In this document: one piece after another, positions 57,368-64,000 of the stretch
How the letters are laid out: every line of letters starts with the position of its first letter
Numbering within the stretch: position 1 is the stretch's first letter
Source of the DNA: Octopus vulgaris
Taxonomy: Eukaryota
Assembly: GCA_951406725.2 (NCBI GenBank)
Contig: OX597838.1
Coordinates: 5,642,001-5,706,000, forward strand
DNA length: 64,000 nucleotides
Direction of reading: 5' to 3'
Translations under genes and position numbers: made by a program
The notes under the pieces: generated by a model
The model's database searches: none
The model's input: the letters and a program-made list of their open reading frames with translations, nothing else
Told to the model about the DNA's origin: nothing

Positions 57368-57760
57368 TAGAGAGAGTGACTGGGATATAGATAGATAGCT
57401 AAGGAGAGAGAAAGAGAGAGAGAGAGAGATGTGACAGATGGACTGAGAGAGCGTGTTTGAGAGAAAGAGAAACAGAGACAGAAAGAGCAAGAAAGAGAGA
57501 CAGAGAGACAGAGAGAGAGAGAGAGGGAGCAAGCAAGACTGAAAGACAGATGAAGTGTAAAAAGAGAGAGTGAGAGAGACATAGAGACAAAGTGAGTTAG
57601 ACAGAGAGAGACAGAGAACACGAGAGAACACGCGTGAGTGAGAGAAAGAGAAAGTGAATGAAAAAGAGAATGAATTAAAGAGAGAGTGAGAGAGAGAAAT
57701 AGACAGATGGACAAAGAGAGAGAGAGAGAGAAGGAGAGAGAGAGTAAGAATGAGAGTGAC
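57368..57760. repeat. GA-rich low-complexity tract
   Basis: Degenerate (GA)n; produces the LSLS-type ORFs. Confidence 0.9.
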
Positions 57761-58377
57761 AGATATACCAGCGTTCAACAGGTAGTTCTTTTCAGGTGTG
57801 TAAACTGGATAAGCATGGAATGAACTGATTTGCTAAAAACTCACAGCAAGGTGCCTAGTCAACCTACGAATATATGATAGTCATCGCACACCAAAACTAA
57901 GATACTGTTTCCTTTCACACATTTAATCAATATTTAGCACATGAAATAAGAGTAAAATATTTGATATTATAATTAAGAAAGGTCAGATTTGGTGAGTAAT
58001 GAATGCTTTCTGAAAGAAGCAAGTTTGCATGTTAAAAATAACGAGATCATTATGTCCTTTTCCATTCTCTGACGGCGTTTTCTACTACATCAGATATATG
58101 TTTGTTATTTCTACCGTATCCAGCTGCTATTTTAAGCCAAGTTTAACAAACATTAATAAGAATAATCTTAGAAGATATATCTGTCGTAGGCTTTACCAAG
58201 GTGTCTTCTAGCCAAGCATTATAATGTACCCTTTCTTTGATACAGAGAATAATTACTATTTCTATTAATTTAATAATCGATGTTCACCTATTCTCTCTTC
58301 CAGGCCGTTTTTTGCGATTGTAGGGTGCCTCGTTATAGTTGGTTGCCAGAAGTAGTGACAGATATATTTGGGACAAA

Positions 58378-58723
58378 GGCGGCGAGCTGGCAGAAACGTT
58401 AGCGTGCCAGACGAAATGCTCAGCGGCATTTCGTCTGCCGCTACGTTCTGAGTTCAAATTCCGCCGAGGTCGACTTTGTCTTTCATCCTTTGGGGGTCGA
58501 TAAATAAAGCACCGGTTACGCACTGGGGTCGATGTAATCGACTTAATCCGTCTGTCTATCCTTGTTTGTCCCATCTGTGTTGAGCCCCTTGTGGGTAGTA
58601 AAGAAATAGAAATGGGTATTGTGTCTGCCTTTCGGTTCTGAGTTCAAATTCTGCCGAGGTCGGCTTTGTCTTTCATCCTTTCGGGGTCGATAAATTAAGC
58701 ACCAGTTGCGTCCTGGGGTCGAT
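58378..58723 (+). mobile_element. SINE family A dimer (full monomer plus a head-less second body)
   Basis: Monomer 58378-58608, junction aagaaata-gaaatg-ggtattgtgtctgcc, second body ~58615-58723. Confidence 0.9.
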
Positions 58724-58734
58724 TAAAAAAAAAT

Positions 58735-58985
58735 TCGGGCCTTCTGTCTACAGTAGAAAAGATACGTCTTAGACAGATATGAGAACCTACAGAGGCTAGC
58801 GTGGATCTGTCGGACCGATCCCTTAACGTTCCAGCCCCCAGAAAGCTAGTAATTCTGAAGAGCTGATATTTTGGCAAGGAGGACTGTAGCCTATGTTTTG
58901 GACGGTTGTGTGATGTGAGAAATGTTTGGCAGCTATCTTTAGCAAATCGGGCATCCTCTCCACATAGAATAACCCTCACACGGTA
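58735..58985 (+). mobile_element. Possible decayed RTE-type LINE 3' coding end
   Basis: CEKCLAAIFSKSGILS resembles the terminal CxxC...SxIGLxSH motif. Stops present. Confidence 0.3.
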
Positions 58986-59845
58986 ATGTTTCCTGTGCGA
59001 GCAAGGAAATGCGATGTGTTTATTCAGGCGTGAATATTTAAATAATTACTCTAAAGTATCTTGCCTACAGCGTCAATGAAAACCTCTCTCACTAAAAGAC
59101 ATCTAAGGCTTGTGTCACTGGTGATCAAATTAATCCATACGATCCCTTCTATAGAAACCATAAATATCTTTGGATCTTCATCTAAATCCATGTGACAATT
59201 TAATTAAATATAAACCTTGCAATTTGGCAACGTTTAAAGTGTATGCAGTAGGGAAAATTAGTTGAAGCTCAACAAATCGCATTAACATAACTTTCGTATT
59301 TACGATTTAATTCTTAAATTTTCTTAATAAAATTCAGAAGCATTGCGATGTAAAATTTACATCGAAATTAGAAAATGTTCGGAACTTATTTAATGTTCCA
59401 TCGTTTACAGTTGATTAAGATGAAGTTTGAGTCTGCTTAATAGCTGGCTCCGTTCCAGGAATCAATCAAGCAATCTGAGCAACTTCCACTCCATAAAATC
59501 CATATCGAATATCTTATAGTTTTGTTCCTAATGAAACTCTCCCCGCTTTGTTAAGCTTTTCTCATCCCCCACTTTCACCGCTTTATTATTATTATTATTA
59601 TTATCATTGTAACTAATGTCTTTAACTCTATACCCCATTCCCAGCTCAATAGTTCTTATCTACCTCTGCCCCATAATCTTCCTCCGTATCCGCATATTTA
59701 ATTTTCCATTATTTAACATGGTATCGTCCTTGTATTGTTAAATCATTTTTTTCTTTCTAGATGTAAACGTGTCATATAATTGTTGTTTTTATCAATTATC
59801 TCTCGTCTTTTTCTATCTATTTTCTATCACGTGCTTTGTGCGTGA

Positions 59846-59886
<41 letters not shown>

Positions 59887-60432
59887 GAAATACAGACGTA
59901 CGCACACACATGCGTGCACACAAAGAGTTACATACATATATAGATATATATATATATATATAGATAGACGGATAGATGTCGGAGAGAGAGTGAGAGAAAA
60001 ATTGTATGGAACCACATATCCACGTGCGTGGGTGCTTTCCCTCGCCGTAACACTCTCTTTGTGTGTGTAGATATATATATATATTTATTTATTTATCGGT
60101 AAGAGATGTATTGGTATCCGGACGACCAAAGGTGGGAGGTAAAGCTATGCAAGTACTGACCGTTGTTAAACTTTTAGTTCGCTAATATACTCCTTATTTC
60201 CTTCCTTGCCTAAATTAACTCCTTATATACATCTCTACTATATACCTCTAATTAATAATTTCGCATAGTTTCTGATGAAAGTATATCCCTAATATCCCAG
60301 AATCCTAAAAATTCCACACACACATGGCTTTGTTTTCTCATTTTATTTAACATATACATATCCGCCTAAGGGAATGTTAAAACAATCATGATGCCACCTG
60401 GGTTTAACCACATACATTGCTAGAAATTTCCG

Positions 60433-60482
<50 letters not shown>

Positions 60483-61342
60483 TATAAATATATAAACGTC
60501 AATAAAAGAAAATGGAGACGAGAAATTAAAAAGGTCACTTGGTTAATTTCATTTGCATTACAATTGGAAATCTGGCGCACATTAAAAGATTAGAAGATGT
60601 ACCTATAAGAACAAGTATAAAAGAAACTGAAAGAAATATAAAAGGCACGAAATAACGCCAAAATATGGAAAGGATATTCTACATATGTTTCAATATAACA
60701 ATATTTTAAAATTATCAGTAATTGTAACTTTTGAAGATGTAATATGCAGTATATTGTTAGATTTATCTTCTTCAGGAAAAATAAGTATATTTTAGTCTTG
60801 TGGTACAAAATGATTTATTTGAGGACTATGTTTAAAGAATTTTCTAATGTAAACATACAACTTTCAAATTCGGAGATTGCATGTGATAAGAAATTTATCA
60901 ATTTAAATTTAGCTAATATTGGACGTTAAAATGTTAGTAAAACATCAAATTTATTTGAAAAAATTGCATTATATTTATATTTATAAATGTGTATGTAAGG
61001 CAGGTGGTAGGAAGACGGTTGTAGCTGATCGCCAGAGGTGTAATATGCTAAAATATTTTGGGAATTGTAAATAAAGATTGGATGAATAGCATTGCTGTTA
61101 TTTAGGAATTAAATTAGTCAGGATGTAATTCTCGGTGTTCGAAGAAAAAATATTTTTTTAAATTTAAAATATAGAGTGTATAAACACTATGCAAAACCCA
61201 CTTACGAAACGTTGCTAAATGCTAGACAAAATTAAAAGCGGTGTTACAGGATAAATTCCCTAGGTCAAAATTTGAGTAACTAGTCATCCCCCTTTATTTC
61301 ATATATATGTGTAATCATGCCATTCAATATTAAAAAAATGAA

Positions 61343-61410
<68 letters not shown>

Positions 61411-61827
61411 ACTGTATGTATATGCAAGTATGTATGTTTTATTGTGTCTTCACCCTTCATAGGTGTCTAAGAAAATCATGATATGAGTTATACATCAGTA
61501 AACCGATGGTTGGCAGATTTACAGTGTCGGCAGGACGAAATGTTAGAATATGTGTTGCAGACGTAATTAAATAGGAAATAGCATTATCGCATAATCAGCA
61601 ATACTTGATTGATTAGCTCTATTACACTGCATTTGGACATATCGAATCTAATCTGACATCGTTGATTTACTTCTCTGTGAACGACAGTCAGACTTGTCAA
61701 CGTCAGGCCGACGTTAGATAACGTGTTTTTCCGTAGACTAACCTCTCAATTATGTGACATTATAGCTTTTCTCATCAGAGACCGTAAAGTTGAATCGTTA
61801 AGATATTTAGCGAAACATTAATATATT

Positions 61828-63537
61828 AAGGCGGCGAGTTGGCAGAAACGTTAGCACGCCGGGCGAAATGCGTAGCCGTATTTCGTCTGCCGTTACGTTC
61901 TGAGTTCAAATTCCGCCGGTAGGTCGACTTTGCCTTTCATCCTTCCGGGGTCGTTAAATTAAGTACCAGTTACGCACTGGGGTCGATGTAATCGACTTAA
62001 TCCGTTTGTCTGTCCTTGTTTGTACCATCTGTGTTTAGCCCCTTGTGGGTAGTAAAGAAATAGGTATTTCGTCTGCCGTTACGTTCTGAGTTCAAATTCC
62101 GCCGAGGTCGACTTTGCCTTTCATCCTTCAAGGGGTCGTTAAATTAAGTACCAGTTACGCACTGGGGTCAATGTAATCGACTTAATCCGTTTGTCTGTCC
62201 TTGTTTGTACCATCTGTGTTTAGCCCCTTGTGGGTAGTAAAGAAATAGGTATTTCGTCTGCCGTTACGTTCTGAGTTCAAATTCCGCCGAGGTCGACTTT
62301 GCCTTTCATCCTTCCGGGGTCGTTAAATTAAGTACCAGTTACGCACTGAGGTCGATGTAATCGACTTAATCCGTTTGTCTGTCCTTGTTTGTACCATCTG
62401 TGTTTAGCCCCTTGTGGATAGTAAAGAAATAGGTATTTCGTCTGCCGTTACGTTCTGAGTTCAAATTCCGCCGAGGTCGACTTTGCCTTCACATCCTTCC
62501 GGGGTCGTTGAATTAAGTACCAGTTACGCACTGTGGTCGATATAATCGACTTAAATTCGTTTGTCTGTCCTTGTTTGTACCATCTGTGTTTAGCCCCTTG
62601 TGGGTAGTAAAGAAATAGGTATTTCGTCTGCCGTTACGTTCTGAGTCCAAATTCCGCCGAGGTCGACTTTGCCTTTCATCCTTCCGGGGTCGTTAAATTA
62701 AGTACCAGTTACGCACTGGGGTCAATGTAATCGACTTAATCCGTTTGTCTGTCCTTGTTTGTACCATCTGTGTTTAGCCCCTTGTGGATAGTAAAGAAAT
62801 AGGTATTTCGTCTGCCGTTACGTTCTGAGTTCAAATTCCGCCGAGGTCGACTTTGCCTTTCATCCTTCCGGGGTCGTTAAATTAAGTACCAGTTACGCAC
62901 TGGGGTCGATGTAATCGACTTAATCCGTTTGTCTGTCCTTGTTTGTACCATCTGTGTTTAGCCCCTTGTGGATAGTAAAGAAATAGGTATTTCGTCTGCC
63001 GTTACGTTCTGAGTTCAAATTCCGCCGAGGTCGACTTTGCCTTTCATCCTTCCGGGGTCGTTAAATTAAGTACCAGTTACGCACTGGGGTCAATGTAATC
63101 GACTTAATCCGTTTGTCTGTCCTTGTTTGTACCATCTGTGTTTAGCCCCTTGTGGGTAGTAAAGAAATAGGTATTTCGTCTGCCGTTACGTTCTGAGTTC
63201 AATTTCCGCCGAGGTCGACTTTGCCTTTCATCCTTCCGGGGTCGTTAAATTAAGTACCAGTTACGCACTGGGGTCAATGTAATCGACTTAATCCGTTTGT
63301 CTGTCCTTGTTTGTACCATCTGTGTTTAGCCCCTTGTGGGTAGTAAAGAAATAGGTATTTCGTCTGCCGTTACGTTCTGAGTTCAAATTCCGCCGAGGTC
63401 GACTTTGCCTTTCATCCTTCCGGGGTCGTTAAATTAAGTACCAGTTACGCACTGGGGTCGATGTAATCGACTTAATCCGTTTGTCTGTCCTTGTTTGTAC
63501 CATCTGTGTTTAGCCCCTTGTGGGTAGTAAAGAAATA
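61828..63537 (+). mobile_element. SINE family A concatemer: one tRNA-like head plus nine ~184-bp tandem bodies, 14-bp TSD
   Basis: Units start at 61877, 62063, 62248, 62432, 62618, 62802, 62986, 63170 and 63354. ATATTTAGCGAAAC occurs at 61803-61816 and 63537-63550. Confidence 0.95.
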
Positions 63538-63685
63538 TATTTAGCGAAACCACTGAGGGGGGATCATCCTGCGTGCTGGTTCAACCAGCTAGTAAGAGAA
63601 ATGAAGTGCCTCTCAAATTGCTGTCCTAAAAAGTGGTTTTCTATTCTGGTACAAAAGCAGCAATTTTGAAGGGTGGTGGGGGGTC

Positions 63686-63848
63686 ATGTCGATTTTATCA
63701 ACTCCGGTGCTCAAATGTTATTTATTTTATCGAACCCCGAAAGTATGACAGGCGAAGTTAAACTGGAGAATTTGAGCTCAGAATGTAAAAACGGTCCAAA
63801 TGCCACCAAGTATTTTTCCGGTGCGCTAACGATTCTGCCAGTTTGCCA
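63686..63848 (-). mobile_element. Degenerate SINE A-related copy
   Basis: ttttatcgaaccccgaaag...gaatttgagctcagaa...gcgctaacgattctgccagtttgcca is the reverse complement of the head and core. Confidence 0.7.
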
Positions 63849-64000
63849 CGTTTGCTGCCTTAACGATTAATCACCAAAATAAATTACCTTTGAGACAGAA
63901 AGCCAGCTATTTGGGTGTAGATCTTAGTCAATTACAGTCTTGAACTGAATATCCTAACCCCCCTTTACATTCACCCCCCTTTATATTTGGTAAAATATAG

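Noticed and set aside
61877-63537. Array as a CRISPR locus, tRNA gene cluster or classical hammerhead retrozyme
   Set aside because: There are no unique spacers. The units lack the A-box and D-arm and cannot fold as tRNAs. No CUGANGA…GAAA core was found on either strand.

Overview
AT-rich eukaryotic, non-genic (intergenic or intronic) DNA. It is saturated with microsatellites: (TA)n, (CA)n, (GA)n, (AAT)n, (GAT)n, (TAG)n and (GATA)n. The repeat families look like those I recognise from Octopus (coleoid cephalopod) genomes; this species assignment is an inference. No host protein-coding exon can be supported. Nearly all ORF-track entries are microsatellite artefacts or decayed transposon fragments. 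Recognisable content: (i) three tRNA-derived SINE families, here called A, B and C, in many copies; (ii) Dong/R4-type RLE LINE fragments sitting in (AAT)n tracts; (iii) CR1-type and RTE-type LINE remnants; (iv) a Penelope-like GIY-YIG fragment and several repeats carrying minimal or variant hammerhead-ribozyme cores; (v) a decayed mariner, MITEs and foldback palindromes. The standout is 61828-63537. One SINE-A head is followed by nine head-to-tail ~184-bp bodies, and the whole concatemer is flanked by a single 14-bp target-site duplication. Each junction joins the SINE 3' end (GAAATA) to a complementary internal site (TATTTC). The same junction recurs in an independent dimer at 58378-58723. 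This suggests a structure-guided, rolling-circle-like or iterative template-jumping mode of SINE amplification.
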